Below are positions 1-10,204 of a stretch of DNA of 64,000 nucleotides, in pieces; the stretch's first letter is position 1, and every line of letters starts with the position of its first letter. The notes under the pieces are model-generated. The model was given only the letters and a program-made list of their open reading frames with translations, was not told where the DNA came from and did not search any database. The position numbers were made by a program, and so were the translations under genes. The DNA lies in assembly GCA_963730935.1 (NCBI GenBank), contig CAVSTP010000004.1, positions 704,001 through 768,000 of the forward strand, given 5' to 3'. This stretch comes from an uncultured Nitrospiraceae bacterium. Its GTDB lineage: Bacteria; Nitrospirota; Nitrospiria; Nitrospirales; Nitrospiraceae.

Positions 1-2434
1 CGATGTGTCCGTTCATGCTCTCGATGACCCGCTTCACGACATCCATGCCGACCCCGCGGCCTGCTTGGTCGCCGACCTGTTCGGCCGTGGAGAATCCCGG
101 CAGGAAAATGAACTTGATCGCTTCAGCTTCCGGCATGTTCTTGGCGATGTCCGAGCGGACCAATCCCCGCTCGACCGCTTTGGCGCGGATCTTCTCGATA
201 TCGAGTCCGGCGCCATCGTCTTCGACTTCGATCAAGACGGCGTTGCCGCGATGGGAGGCATGCAGATAGATCGTACCGGCCGCGGGCTTCCCCTTCGAGA
301 CACGCATGGCCGCCGGTTCGATGCCGTGGTAGACGGCATTGCGCACCAAGTGCACCAACGGATCCACCAGTCGTTCGACCACGCCCGTGTCCACTTCGGT
401 GTGCTCACCGGACGTGACCAGGGTGACTTCTTTTCCTGTCGCTCTGGCCATCTCACGCGTCGCCCGGCGGAACCGGGTGAATGGCGTCCCGACGGGCACC
501 ATCCGGGCGCGGGCAATCTCATCCCGCATACCGAGGGTGAGTTGCTGCAGCTGGCTCATGTCTTCGTGCGACCGACGGATAGATGCACTCAACTGCGTCA
601 TCGATTCGGAGATGTCGGCCGTCACCTCGCTGATGCGCCGGGCCAGAATGTTGAAGTCGTCGTATTTGTCGAATTCCAGGCTGCCGAAATCGCTCAACCC
701 CTGAAAGGCTGCCGCTGCACTTCCCGTCCTTGCCTGATCCGCGGTACCGCCGGCAGAGGTTGGAAGGGTAAAGGTGTGTTTTTCTTCGAACGAACGAACT
801 GAATCTGTCAATCGAACTTTGCAAGCCAAGACCTGTTGTGAGAGCTGCTCCAACACACTGAGGCGCTGTTCAAGCCGTCCACGGCCGATGACCAACTCGC
901 CCACGAGATTCAGCAGGCGCTCGAGTCGATCACGGCTGACCCGGATGACTTCGCGGTCTTCGGTGCCGGTTTCTCTGGCCTTGGTCTGCTCGGCCTCTGG
1001 CTGGGGTTTCTCCTCGACAACCGCGGGTTCGGGAGCCGGCTGGACGGGTGCCGCCTTGGCGACCGTCTCAACCGCCGTCGACATCTGCTCCAGCTGCTTG
1101 AGCCCTTTCATGGCCGCGGCAAACCGCTGCCGGACGGTTCCCGTCAAGGTCGGATCGCGGCGCATGAGCAGGCGCACGACGTCCACCGATCGCAGGAGCA
1201 CGTCGGTATGACCCGGCTGCACCTTGACGCGGCCTTCGCGCACCGCGCCCATGAAATCCTCAATATAATGGGTCAGGTCGCCGATCGACTGGAATCCGAC
1301 GGTGTACGCCGAGCCCTTGAGCGTGTGCGCCGTGCGAAACAGTTGGTTGATCAGATCCGGGTTCTGGGGTTCCTTCTCGAGCCGCAACAGCTGCGCTTCC
1401 AGGCTTTCCAGATATTCCTGCGCTTCCGGGGCGAAATACGACAGGACTTCCGGGTCCAGCTGCGGCATCAGATACTCATCCGTCAATGAGGGACCAGTCG
1501 GGGTCGCGGAAGCGGTGTCGGACGGTGGTTCAAGCACGGCCGTCGCGACCTTGGCCGCCAGCGGCTCAGACGCGAGCGCTGGGGCCGGCGCCGGCACACC
1601 GACCGGCTGCCCCTGTTGAATCTGCTGCAGCGTCTGGGTAATGCCCGGGACATCCTGTCGCAATTGGTCGAGCTTGCCCTCGTCCCGTTTCATCAGGAGT
1701 CTGATCACACCGACCGCGTCGCCGATCGTCGAGAGCAGTGCCGACGACATCGGGATCCTGCCGTCCCGCACGGCGGTCACGCAGGCCTCCATCGGATGCG
1801 CAATATCGCCGATCACCTTGAATCCGATGGTATGGGCTGAACCTTTGAGCGTATGGGCGGTGCGATAGAGCGACTGGATCGTTTCAGCATCGCCGGGATT
1901 TTCTCTCAGGCGATTCGTCAGCACTTCGAGCGTCTGGAGATATTCGTCAGCTTCCGGCGCGAAATAGGACAGCACTTCGGCATCGATTGTGGGAACCAGA
2001 TACTCAGGAGACAATCCTTCCATCCCATTCGCAGGGGCGGAGGCTGGTAACAGTGCCCCCACCTCCTTTTTCCAGTGTGCGCTCACCGCGGGATCCTCGC
2101 TGCCGCCCGTTTTTACGACTTCCAGCTGGGATTGAAACGCTTCCACCATGCCGCGGAGGATACCCACCGTCTTCAGCCAGAGCGCCGGATCGATGGACGT
2201 GGATTGCTCCAACGTGGCTTCGAGGAGTTCTCCCAGGAGCGAGAGGCCGCTGAAACCGTAAATGCCGGAGGCGCCCCGGACTTTGTGCGCCCACACATAC
2301 TGGTTTTGAAGTTCTTGAGGACTGGGCAGGGCATCGCCGGGAGGATTGACGGCTGCGGAAAGAGCGGCCAGTGCTTCCGCCGCTTCCATGACGAAAATAT
2401 CGAGGAGGCCCTGGCGGTCCAGTTCGGAGCTCAT
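1..2434 (-). CDS. cheA: CheA/ChpA-like chemosensory histidine kinase with three Hpt domains; 3' end runs off the window
   Basis: Absent from the ORF track. Manual minus-strand translation from ATG 2434 (upstream AGAAAGGATAGG) gives MSSELDRQGLLDIFVMEAAE..., Hpt motifs AHKVRGASG, AHTLKGSAHTIGF and AHTLKGSAYTVGF, the dimerisation segment IRVSRDRLERLLNLVGELV, and HATPase motif FLPGFSTAEQVGDQAGRGVGMDVVKRVIESMNGHI. The frame at the start and at base 2 agree. Confidence 0.93.
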   Translation of the reverse strand, partial: MSSELDRQGLLDIFVMEAAEALAALSAAVNPPGDALPSPQELQNQYVWAHKVRGASGIYGFSGLSLLGELLEATLEQSTSIDPALWLKTVGILRGMVEAFQSQLEVVKTGGSEDPAVSAHWKKEVGALLPASAPANGMEGLSPEYLVPTIDAEVLSYFAPEADEYLQTLEVLTNRLRENPGDAETIQSLYRTAHTLKGSAHTIGFKVIGDIAHPMEACVTAVRDGRIPMSSALLSTIGDAVGVIRLLMKRDEGKLDQLRQDVPGITQTLQQIQQGQPVGVPAPAPALASEPLAAKVATAVLEPPSDTASATPTGPSLTDEYLMPQLDPEVLSYFAPEAQEYLESLEAQLLRLEKEPQNPDLINQLFRTAHTLKGSAYTVGFQSIGDLTHYIEDFMGAVREGRVKVQPGHTDVLLRSVDVVRLLMRRDPTLTGTVRQRFAAAMKGLKQLEQMSTAVETVAKAAPVQPAPEPAVVEEKPQPEAEQTKARETGTEDREVIRVSRDRLERLLNLVGELVIGRGRLEQRLSVLEQLSQQVLACKVRLTDSVRSFEEKHTFTLPTSAGGTADQARTGSAAAAFQGLSDFGSLEFDKYDDFNILARRISEVTADISESMTQLSASIRRSHEDMSQLQQLTLGMRDEIARARMVPVGTPFTRFRRATREMARATGKEVTLVTSGEHTEVDTGVVERLVDPLVHLVRNAVYHGIEPAAMRVSKGKPAAGTIYLHASHRGNAVLIEVEDDGAGLDIEKIRAKAVERGLVRSDIAKNMPEAEAIKFIFLPGFSTAEQVGDQAGRGVGMDVVKRVIESMNGHI

Positions 2435-2484
2435 CCTATCCTTTCTGACCCGGAGCGCCATAGCGGCGCTCCGGGCACCAGACC

Positions 2485-4359
2485 TTAGGCCAGCTTGAAC
2501 TGCGCGACCGACGCCGACAGACCATCGGCGAGCTTGGCCATGTCTTCGACGGTCAACCGCGCGGCATCAGTAGCCTTTTGCGTCGCGACGGCACCGCCGG
2601 TGAAGTCCTTAATCGAGCGACCCACCTGATCCGTGGATGCCGTTTGCGTCGCCGCGGAGCTGGCGATGGTTTGCGCCAATTCGGCGGAGCGTTGCGCGAT
2701 GCCTGAAATTTCGTTGAACACTTCACCGGTACGCAGCGCGGAAGCCGATCCTGCTTCCACCGCCTGGGTTTCCTGTTCCATGGCGACCACCGCGTCCTGG
2801 GTTTCGCTTTGAATGACTTTCACAAGATCCGCGATTTCTCTTGTCGCTTGCGTCGAGCTTTCGGCCAGTTTTCGCACCTGGTCGGCGACGACCGCGAATC
2901 GCGCACCGGCCTCGCCGGCGCCGGCCGCCTCGATGGCGGCGTTGAGCGCGAGCAGGTTGGTTTGGTTCGCGATATCTCGAATCGTCGACACGATTTGCGA
3001 AATTTCCAACGACCGGTCGCCGAGGCCCTTGACCTGCTTCGACATGCGCTGCACCGCTGAACGAATGCTCTGCATGTCCTGCACGGTTTCCTGCACCGCG
3101 ACACGACCGCGTTCCGTCGCTTGCAACACTTGCTTGGCGGATTCTGAAGACGCACCGGCTGTTTCGGCGACCTGACGCATTTGCGCGGCCAGCTGTTCGA
3201 CGGCGGTGAGCGTCTTGACTGACTCGTCCGCTTGGTGTTTGGCGGTACCGGCCATCTGACCGGCGCTGTCGCGCAACGTACCGGCTGACTTGTTGACGCG
3301 CTCGGCGGCCTCTCGGACTTGTTTGAGCAGCTGTCCGAACCGGGCGATCATGAGGTTGAAACCGTCCGCCAAGTTGCCGAACATGTCCGCCGTCACTTCA
3401 CCGCGCTTCGTGAGGTCGCCTTTACCGACGTCCGACACGAGCACGAGGAAGTTCATCAACCGCTTTTGCATCTCGTCGCGTTCACCTTCCGACGTCACGA
3501 GGGCCGTAATGCGGTCCAACATGGTGTTGAACGAGGTCGCCATCTGGCCCAGCTCGTCCTTCGAGGTGATCTTGGCGCGCGCTTGATAGTTGCCGCTCGC
3601 CGCTTGTTGGGCGACACTGGCGACCTGTCCGATACCCAGAGACAGTTTGTGGGCCACCCAATATCCGAGGGCCAAGCCCAACAGCACGGCGGCGACACCG
3701 CCGACGACCAGAATCAGGGTTGCGTTGGACGCCATGGCCTTCGCTTCGTCTGAGAGGTCCTTGGCGACTTCCGACATGGTCTTAATTTGTTCGGCGTGGC
3801 GCTGCGTCACCTTTTCGAACGCCGGGCTCAAGCTCACCGTGATGGCGAGAGCGCCCAATTCCCGCATGGCCAAGGCCTGGCCGGTGGACAACGACCGGTT
3901 TTCGAAGCTCTCTTTGATGGTGCCGATCGCAGCGTCGCCCTGACCAAAGAATTCGTTGAGCGCTGTCTTCAACTCGGCCAAATCCTTCGCTTCATCCCGG
4001 CCTGTGCTGGACGTCCGCAGGGTCGTCTTTTCGTAGCTGTTGATCAGACGCTCGATTTCTGTGCGGTAGGGCGCGATATCCTTCAACTCGATTTCGAAGT
4101 CTGAGGCGCGCGGCGTCCTCGCGACGTCGACCAGAGATTCGTGGTAGCGGTTCACGTTGAACAGGAGCTGGTTGAACTCGGTCAACGGAACCGTGTAGTC
4201 GAGGTACACCGTTTCCGCTTGTGTGGACAAACGGCCGTTGGTCACGATGCCCACGCCGGCCATGGCGGCGATGATCACACCGACCAAGCCGAACACCGTC
4301 AGCAGTTTGGCTTGGGTCTTTAAGTTTTCAAACCATTGAAAAAAATTGGTCCTGAACAT
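2485..4359 (-). CDS. Methyl-accepting chemotaxis protein (periplasmic helical sensor, HAMP, MCP signalling domain)
   Basis: Two TM segments, HAMP ([13 protein letters not shown]) and MCP hairpin [38 protein letters not shown]. Confidence 0.95.
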   Translation of the reverse strand: MFRTNFFQWFENLKTQAKLLTVFGLVGVIIAAMAGVGIVTNGRLSTQAETVYLDYTVPLTEFNQLLFNVNRYHESLVDVARTPRASDFEIELKDIAPYRTEIERLINSYEKTTLRTSSTGRDEAKDLAELKTALNEFFGQGDAAIGTIKESFENRSLSTGQALAMRELGALAITVSLSPAFEKVTQRHAEQIKTMSEVAKDLSDEAKAMASNATLILVVGGVAAVLLGLALGYWVAHKLSLGIGQVASVAQQAASGNYQARAKITSKDELGQMATSFNTMLDRITALVTSEGERDEMQKRLMNFLVLVSDVGKGDLTKRGEVTADMFGNLADGFNLMIARFGQLLKQVREAAERVNKSAGTLRDSAGQMAGTAKHQADESVKTLTAVEQLAAQMRQVAETAGASSESAKQVLQATERGRVAVQETVQDMQSIRSAVQRMSKQVKGLGDRSLEISQIVSTIRDIANQTNLLALNAAIEAAGAGEAGARFAVVADQVRKLAESSTQATREIADLVKVIQSETQDAVVAMEQETQAVEAGSASALRTGEVFNEISGIAQRSAELAQTIASSAATQTASTDQVGRSIKDFTGGAVATQKATDAARLTVEDMAKLADGLSASVAQFKLA

Positions 4360-4431
4360 GGGAACCTCCTCCTTCTCGCTCGCGATACGATCGAGCCTTG
4401 AATCTCACACCCTGTCTTGACGATCTTCCAA

Positions 4432-4953
4432 TCAGCCTGTGCCCTCAAAATGAGAAAGAACGACGGACGTCTCCAACACGCCACGCAGCCGGTCTTCCAG
4501 GTTCACGACGGTCGATACGAAGGGATTCCCCCCGTCCCCCATGCCGACCGGAGCCGGTAAAAATTGATCCTTCGACAAGGTGCGAATCTCGGGAACCGTA
4601 TCCACCAAGACCCCGACTTGCCAGTTGCCGTGCTTGACGACGACGGCATACTTCAGGGCGCTCTCAGCGGCGAGGCCGATCATCTGCCGCAAATCGAGCA
4701 AAGGCACGACAGATCCGCGTAGGTTCGTGACGCCGACCAACCCGGCCGGCATGCCTGGGACCGGCGTGATGGATTCCACCACGAACACTTCTCGCACATT
4801 CTGCAGATCGATCGTGAATTGTTCGCCCCCCAAGGACACGATCGCAGCCCGCATCGTTCCCATTCCCGTCGTCGGGGCAGCGTTGCCCTGACCGCCAGTC
4901 TGGGTATCGGCATTCTGGGTTGCGAGGGAGGTTGCGCTCTGCTCAGCAGCCAT
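4432..4953 (-). CDS. cheW: CheW coupling protein
   Basis: ITPVPGMPAGLVGVTNLRGSVVPLLDL motif; sits in the operon with the MCP and CheA. Confidence 0.93.
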   Translation of the reverse strand: MAAEQSATSLATQNADTQTGGQGNAAPTTGMGTMRAAIVSLGGEQFTIDLQNVREVFVVESITPVPGMPAGLVGVTNLRGSVVPLLDLRQMIGLAAESALKYAVVVKHGNWQVGVLVDTVPEIRTLSKDQFLPAPVGMGDGGNPFVSTVVNLEDRLRGVLETSVVLSHFEGTG

Positions 4954-4958
4954 GACGG

Positions 4959-5321
4959 TTATCCCAACACCCGTTTCACCGTCGCGAGCAGTTCTTCGCC
5001 CTTGAACGGCTTGACGATATGCGCATTGGCGCCCTGCTGCTGACCCCAGAACTTGTCGCTTTCGTTGCCTTTGGAGGTACAGAGAATGATGGGGATGTTC
5101 TTGGTCCGGTCGTCATTCTTGAGGTCGCGGCAGGCCTGGAAGCCGTTGCGGCCCGGCATGACGACGTCCAGCACGATCAGATCGGGCTTCTCGCCGACCA
5201 CCTTGTCCTCGAGCTTCTCGGTATTGGGATACGACACCACCGTATGGTTCGCCCCCTTCAACACCCCTTCAATGACTTGCAATTCGGCGTAGGAATCGTC
5301 TACGACAACAATCTTGCTCAT
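4959..5321 (-). CDS. Single-domain response regulator, CheY/PilH-like
   Basis: VVVDDS, LDVVMPGRNGFQACR, DKFWGQQQGA, IVKPF. The KFWG..QGA segment resembles PilH. Confidence 0.9.
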   Translation of the reverse strand: MSKIVVVDDSYAELQVIEGVLKGANHTVVSYPNTEKLEDKVVGEKPDLIVLDVVMPGRNGFQACRDLKNDDRTKNIPIILCTSKGNESDKFWGQQQGANAHIVKPFKGEELLATVKRVLG

Positions 5322-5376
5322 CGCTTTCTCCTTGGTTCTAGTTATGAATGACGTCCCAATACTTATGACGACGCGA

Positions 5377-6114
5377 TTACTTCAGGGGCAGCACGACGCT
5401 GATCGCACCGGCCAGGTCCCCTTCTTTCCATCCCTCTTTGTGACCGCCCGTAATGTCCTTTCCACCCTTCGGCGCGCCGTGACAGGCTAGACAGGACGCG
5501 GCCGCATACTCCGGGTCCATCATACGCAGCACCGGCCGCCCGTCGAGCACCGTATTGCGTACATAGGTCTGCCCCTTGGGGTGGCGCGGATCGTTGAACA
5601 TCCGAAGCACTTCGGCTTCGAAGTCATCCGGCCGGTTGTTGATGTTGCGATAGTCGATTCCCGTGAGTTTCAACTTCACGCCGGTCTTCTTGTAAAAGTT
5701 TTCTCCGGTCTTGCGGGCAAAGACGGCGGGGATGAACCCCTTGAAGCCGATGCCGGGCCGGTTGATCACCGGCTGCGCCTCATCCACGACTTCCTTTTCG
5801 GCCTCGACCAAGGCCAGATACAGCGGCGCTTGAGGAACGGCATTGGGAATTCTCAAATCGATTTTGGTCTTCTTCTTGAACCGCTCGATGACCTGACCGG
5901 CCATGTAGTCGCCCGTAAAGCCCTTGCTGGCCTTGGAGGCATCGTTGATGTTTCCCATCTGCTCCGACATGACGCCACGGCCGATCTTCACGAGATCAAT
6001 CAAGTGTTCCGCCACTTCGGCCTCGTTGCCCGCAAGGACCGGGCTCACGTGACACAGTAGAGCCACCGCCGCAATCCCGCCCGCCATCCGCCAATTGCAC
6101 CATGTCGCGTTCAT
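5377..6114 (-). CDS. Exported DUF3365/Tll0287-like protein with one c-type heme motif
   Basis: Signal peptide, RNINNRPDDFEAEVL, CLACH (CxxCH), GWKEGDLAGAISV. Start chosen at ATG 6114, 6 nt after AGGAGG. Confidence 0.8.
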   Translation of the reverse strand: MNATWCNWRMAGGIAAVALLCHVSPVLAGNEAEVAEHLIDLVKIGRGVMSEQMGNINDASKASKGFTGDYMAGQVIERFKKKTKIDLRIPNAVPQAPLYLALVEAEKEVVDEAQPVINRPGIGFKGFIPAVFARKTGENFYKKTGVKLKLTGIDYRNINNRPDDFEAEVLRMFNDPRHPKGQTYVRNTVLDGRPVLRMMDPEYAAASCLACHGAPKGGKDITGGHKEGWKEGDLAGAISVVLPLK

Positions 6115-6629
6115 ACCCATCCTCCTTCGTGATGTCACTTGATCGGATTCTTCGTTCCTTGTCTCATTCTTCGCGTTCATCAGCTAGCAATAACTGTTTT
6201 TTCGCAGGCCATGACGTCGATGCACGCGCCTCACGGCGCACACAATCATTTTCGAAGCCTGCGCCCCACTCTGCAAAGGTTGTGCTTATGAGTCTTCGAG
6301 AGACCGCTACGTGAATACCGAACACAAAACACTTGGCCTTTCAGAGATTTACGTACTCTACACAGGAACATCGTTCATCCTCGTTCGTCGCATGACTGTT
6401 CAGGTTGCGACAAAATGATGCCGTTTGGGCAAAAATTGGCCACTCGAGGCGCCGAATCATCTTTGGCAGTGCGTCTTCTCATGGTCCCGATCCTTATTGA
6501 AACCGATGAGAAGTGTAGCAGGCGTCTCGACGCAGGCATTGTTCGCTCGTATGAGACGCCAAGATTCACGACAGGCAGGTGTGGGCCAGAGCCCAACACT
6601 GGGAGAGGGAGATGTGGAGAAGGGATCTC

Positions 6630-7385
6630 TCAGGCTGACGCGTGGGGGCGATCGGCCTGACGCGAGCGGGTCTGACACCAGCGGGTAGAACGAGTGAGCC
6701 CTGCTTGAACACAACGGGTCACGAGCCGTCCAATCATTGCACCGATCTCAGTATGTGTCCCGCTGTAGGGCACTCTATGGATGCCCTCCAGGCTGCTCGC
6801 GATGACGACCGCATCGGTCCCGGTCCCTGTGGCCAGCGACGATTTGCGTGAACTGCTGGGGATCTTGTGTTTGATCAAGGTTCCGGTTTTGCTTTCCGTG
6901 GCCACTTGCACCGCCCCCACCATGGCCGTCATGGTCAATGTCGCGTTCGTGACCAGGATGATATTGATTGTGCCCGGGGCATGGCGTTCATCCATGCGCC
7001 GTGTGATTGAAAGCGTTTCTCCCGCCCGCACAGCGTTGGTCACGCCGACGGTACAAAAACATTCGATCCAGACCGGCCCGGATTGCTCACGGTCCACAAC
7101 AAGCTGTTTCATCGGGACAGCCGTCATGAGCCCTACCATCGGCATCGCGGCCTTCATCCGTACGGCCAAGCGGCCGAGATACCGTGCCGGATCGCCCCAT
7201 GTCCTCTCGACCTGACGCTTGAGCATCGAGGGATTGGCCGGGACTTGGTGATTGAGAATGGACCGCGCTCGGAGGATGCCTCCTCCTCGCGGAGCGGACG
7301 AAATGATCCGATGCACGCGCTTCAAATCGATGACTAACGTCCCTCGACGGATGCAATAGTCGATGCGCCCCTGTCTCCCCTTCAT
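6630..7385 (-). CDS. cbiZ: Adenosylcobinamide amidohydrolase
   Basis: GLMTAV, TVGVTNA, GTINIIL, ATESKT and ATGTGTDAVV motifs; last gene of the cob operon. Confidence 0.85.
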   Translation of the reverse strand: MKGRQGRIDYCIRRGTLVIDLKRVHRIISSAPRGGGILRARSILNHQVPANPSMLKRQVERTWGDPARYLGRLAVRMKAAMPMVGLMTAVPMKQLVVDREQSGPVWIECFCTVGVTNAVRAGETLSITRRMDERHAPGTINIILVTNATLTMTAMVGAVQVATESKTGTLIKHKIPSSSRKSSLATGTGTDAVVIASSLEGIHRVPYSGTHTEIGAMIGRLVTRCVQAGLTRSTRWCQTRSRQADRPHASA

Positions 7386-7398
7386 GTGTCGCCTACTA

Positions 7399-8493
7399 TC
7401 ACCGTAACAGCCCGGCCAATGCGGCCAGAAGCCGGTCGTTGTCTTTCTTCGTCCGTACCGCGATGCGAACCATACGCGCTGTACAGCCTTCCGTTGACGA
7501 ACAGTCGCGGATCAGCATGCCCCGCCGGCGAAGCTCCGCCGTGATCGCACTTGCGCGGAACACCCTGGGCAGTTCGACCAGAAGAAAATTGGCGGAAGAG
7601 GGAATCACCGTCACCCCGTGGAGCGAGGAGAGCCGCATGGCCACACGCGCTCGTTCCCTTCCGACGTACGCGAGGCAGCGTCCAGTATGTCGATCGTCCA
7701 TGAGTGCTGCTTCCGCAGCCCGCTGGGCCACCATATTGACGGACCAGGGCGGCAGATACCGTCTCAACAACTCCGCGACATGTGGCGAGGAAAGGCTGTA
7801 CCCGATTCTCAGACCGGGCAGCCCATAGAATTTGGTCAAGCTGCGAAGGATGATGAGACACGAATGAGCAGATAGCTGCGGCAGGCAGGTCAATCCATTG
7901 CAGTATTCGATAAACGACTCGTCGACGACGACCCATGCTCCTGCCCGCCCCGCAGCGCCGAAAAGCGCGTGCAGATCTTGCGGTCCGCAGGGACGGCCGG
8001 TTGGACTATTGGGATGACAAATAAAGACCGCATCGATCGCCGGCCTGGCTCGGCGCTGTCTGGACAACTGATGCAAGACCTGCTCGAGCGGAGGACGGTA
8101 CTCCTCTTCTTTCTTCGCCATCACCATGCTGGTTCGGCCGCCTGCATGACCAACGGCACGGACGTATTCTGCATATGTCGGCCCGACGATCACGGCGGAG
8201 CGAATGGACAGGGCGCGAGGAATGACATCGATCAGTTCGGTCGAGCCGTTTCCAACGACGATATGGTCCGGCGAGATGTGCCATCGACGTTCTATCGCGC
8301 GCTTGAGACTGACGCAGTCTGGATCGGGGTAGTGCTGAACAAGCTGGGCCGCATCGACCAAGGCCCGGACTGCCTTGGGTGAGGGCCCCAACGGATTGAT
8401 GCTCGCACTGAAGTCAAGAATGGACCCGATGGGCCTGCGCAGTTCACGCGCCGCGGCGTGGACGTTGCCACCGTGCACCGGCGGGTGGTTCAC
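7399..8493 (-). CDS. cobD: L-threonine-O-3-phosphate decarboxylase (PLP-dependent)
   Basis: HGGN, DFSASINPLG, GNGSTELI, PNSPTG, RSLTKFYGLPGLRIGY. The GTG start overlaps the cbiB stop. Confidence 0.9.
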   Translation of the reverse strand: MNHPPVHGGNVHAAARELRRPIGSILDFSASINPLGPSPKAVRALVDAAQLVQHYPDPDCVSLKRAIERRWHISPDHIVVGNGSTELIDVIPRALSIRSAVIVGPTYAEYVRAVGHAGGRTSMVMAKKEEEYRPPLEQVLHQLSRQRRARPAIDAVFICHPNSPTGRPCGPQDLHALFGAAGRAGAWVVVDESFIEYCNGLTCLPQLSAHSCLIILRSLTKFYGLPGLRIGYSLSSPHVAELLRRYLPPWSVNMVAQRAAEAALMDDRHTGRCLAYVGRERARVAMRLSSLHGVTVIPSSANFLLVELPRVFRASAITAELRRRGMLIRDCSSTEGCTARMVRIAVRTKKDNDRLLAALAGLLR

Positions 8494-9443
8494 CACGACA
8501 GAACCCCCACCACTCCCACGATGGCCATCAGATAGGCGGCGGTCATGATGCGTTCGGCACGATCCACGTGCCTGACTGACAAGGGTGCCTCGGCATCCCC
8601 AAGCACAGGCCGTTCAGCACGACGGCGTCCGTAGAAGTTGACGCCCCCAAGCTGGATGCCTAATGCGCCCGCCATCGCCGCTTCAGGCCTTCCGCTGTTT
8701 GGACTGGGATGCTTGTGCCCATCTCGTAGCAAGATGGCGCCGCTCCGCGTTGCCGCGTTGGCACTCAGGAGTACGAGTCCAGCCGCAGCAGCAATCGACC
8801 AGGCCGTGATGCGTGCCGGAATCCAATTGACGAGGTCATCGAGCCTCGCCGAGGCCCATCCGAAATCTCGATATTCTTCGTCGCGATGCCCGACCATCGA
8901 ATCGAGAGTCGACACGGCTTTGTAGGCCAACGCCAACGGCGCGCCCCCGACCACCAGAAACAACAACGGCGCGATGACGCCGTCGCATGCACTCTCCGCG
9001 GTGGTTTCGACCGCGGCTCTGACTACTTCTTGCTCGGACAAGTCCTGCGTGTCTCTGCCGACGATTAAGCCGACCGCTTGCCGAGCGCGTTCCAACGATC
9101 CGGATTTCAAGGCCCGGGAGACCGCGCGTACATGGTCAACCAAGTCTCTCCAGGCCAGCGTGGTCGAAGCCAAACCAATCCCGATACCCTGCCCGATCCA
9201 GTCATGAACCGCTGTGCCAGCCGCGATCGAAGCCCAGCCGACTATGAATGCCGTCGCCGGCAAACCCAGCGCCAACACAGCGCCGGCGGCGCGAAGCGAG
9301 CGTGGTCCCATCCCAAGGGTGCGCACCCGCCGATGCACGCAGGCTACCACGCTGCCCATCCACCGCACAGGGTGGGGCATGACGCGCGGATCGCCCACCG
9401 CCGCATCAAGCGCGCAGGCCGCCACGACCTCCATGGCAGTCAT
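8490..9443 (-). CDS. cbiB: Adenosylcobinamide-phosphate synthase
   Basis: GDPRVMPHPVRWMG, IVGRDT, YKAVSTLDSMVGH, HPSPNSGRPEAAMAGAL. True start is ATG 9443, overlapping the cobS stop; the track ORF is over-extended to 10094. Confidence 0.92.
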   Translation of the reverse strand: MTAMEVVAACALDAAVGDPRVMPHPVRWMGSVVACVHRRVRTLGMGPRSLRAAGAVLALGLPATAFIVGWASIAAGTAVHDWIGQGIGIGLASTTLAWRDLVDHVRAVSRALKSGSLERARQAVGLIVGRDTQDLSEQEVVRAAVETTAESACDGVIAPLLFLVVGGAPLALAYKAVSTLDSMVGHRDEEYRDFGWASARLDDLVNWIPARITAWSIAAAAGLVLLSANAATRSGAILLRDGHKHPSPNSGRPEAAMAGALGIQLGGVNFYGRRRAERPVLGDAEAPLSVRHVDRAERIMTAAYLMAIVGVVGVLSW

Positions 9444-10204
9444 GACAACGTCAGGAGCAACGGCATGAGGAGAACGAAGCTCACTTCGATGAGCTCGTTG
9501 GTCGCTCCAAGCGTATCGCCGGTGATGCCGCCGAGAAGGTGGCGGTAGAAGACCGTGGCGAGCCGGCTGAACAGACCTCCGAACAATACGGCGGCCAGCG
9601 CAGGCACGGCACCGAAGGACCAGACCATCAGACACAGGACAACGACGGTCGCCCCAAGGACGTGCTTCGCCGAGAGATGTGCGAGAAACGGCGCAGCCAG
9701 GCCTCCCTCTGCTCGTGCGTAGGAGGCGCCATAGGCTCCGACGACCATGCCCCAGCGTCCGATGGCCGGCATGCATAACAGAACAGGAAACCTCAACGCC
9801 TCCGGCAGAGACACGAGCGCGCCGTAACGCAGGATCAATGAAAGAAAGAGGCCAGTCGCACCAATGGCTCCGATGCGGGGATCCCTCATAATGGTCAGGC
9901 GATCGGAGACCGTGCGGCCTCCGGCCAAGCCGTCGAGGGTGTCGGCCAGCCCGTCCTGATGGAGGCCACGGGTCATGGCGACAAGCACAAGAATGAGCAG
10001 CGCGGCGACCGCCTCGCGCGGCAGCCATCGCGCCAGGAGCACATCCGTCATCGCCAGGAGCCCCCCAAGAAGAACGCCCACGAAGGGGTACCACAACATC
10101 GATCCGGCTAATTCATCAGGAGCCGGATCATGGAAGTCCCGACTCACAGGCACCGCCGTCAGAAATTGCCAGGCACAAACCAATGGCTTCAGATGGGTCG
10201 TCAC
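9440..10204 (-). CDS. cobS: Adenosylcobinamide-GDP ribazoletransferase (cobalamin synthase)
   Basis: QFLT, GLHQDGLADTLDG, IMRDPRIGAIG, GGITGDTLGA. Confidence 0.95.
   Translation of the reverse strand: MTTHLKPLVCAWQFLTAVPVSRDFHDPAPDELAGSMLWYPFVGVLLGGLLAMTDVLLARWLPREAVAALLILVLVAMTRGLHQDGLADTLDGLAGGRTVSDRLTIMRDPRIGAIGATGLFLSLILRYGALVSLPEALRFPVLLCMPAIGRWGMVVGAYGASYARAEGGLAAPFLAHLSAKHVLGATVVVLCLMVWSFGAVPALAAVLFGGLFSRLATVFYRHLLGGITGDTLGATNELIEVSFVLLMPLLLTLS

Noticed and set aside
5..2488. Plus-strand ORFs of up to 265 aa, and similar ones across the core genes
   Set aside because: They are antisense shadows of GC-rich minus-strand genes such as cheA.
9444..10094. N-terminal extension making CbiB 534 aa
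   Set aside because: It overlaps cobS in another frame; the real start is the ATGA overlap at 9443.
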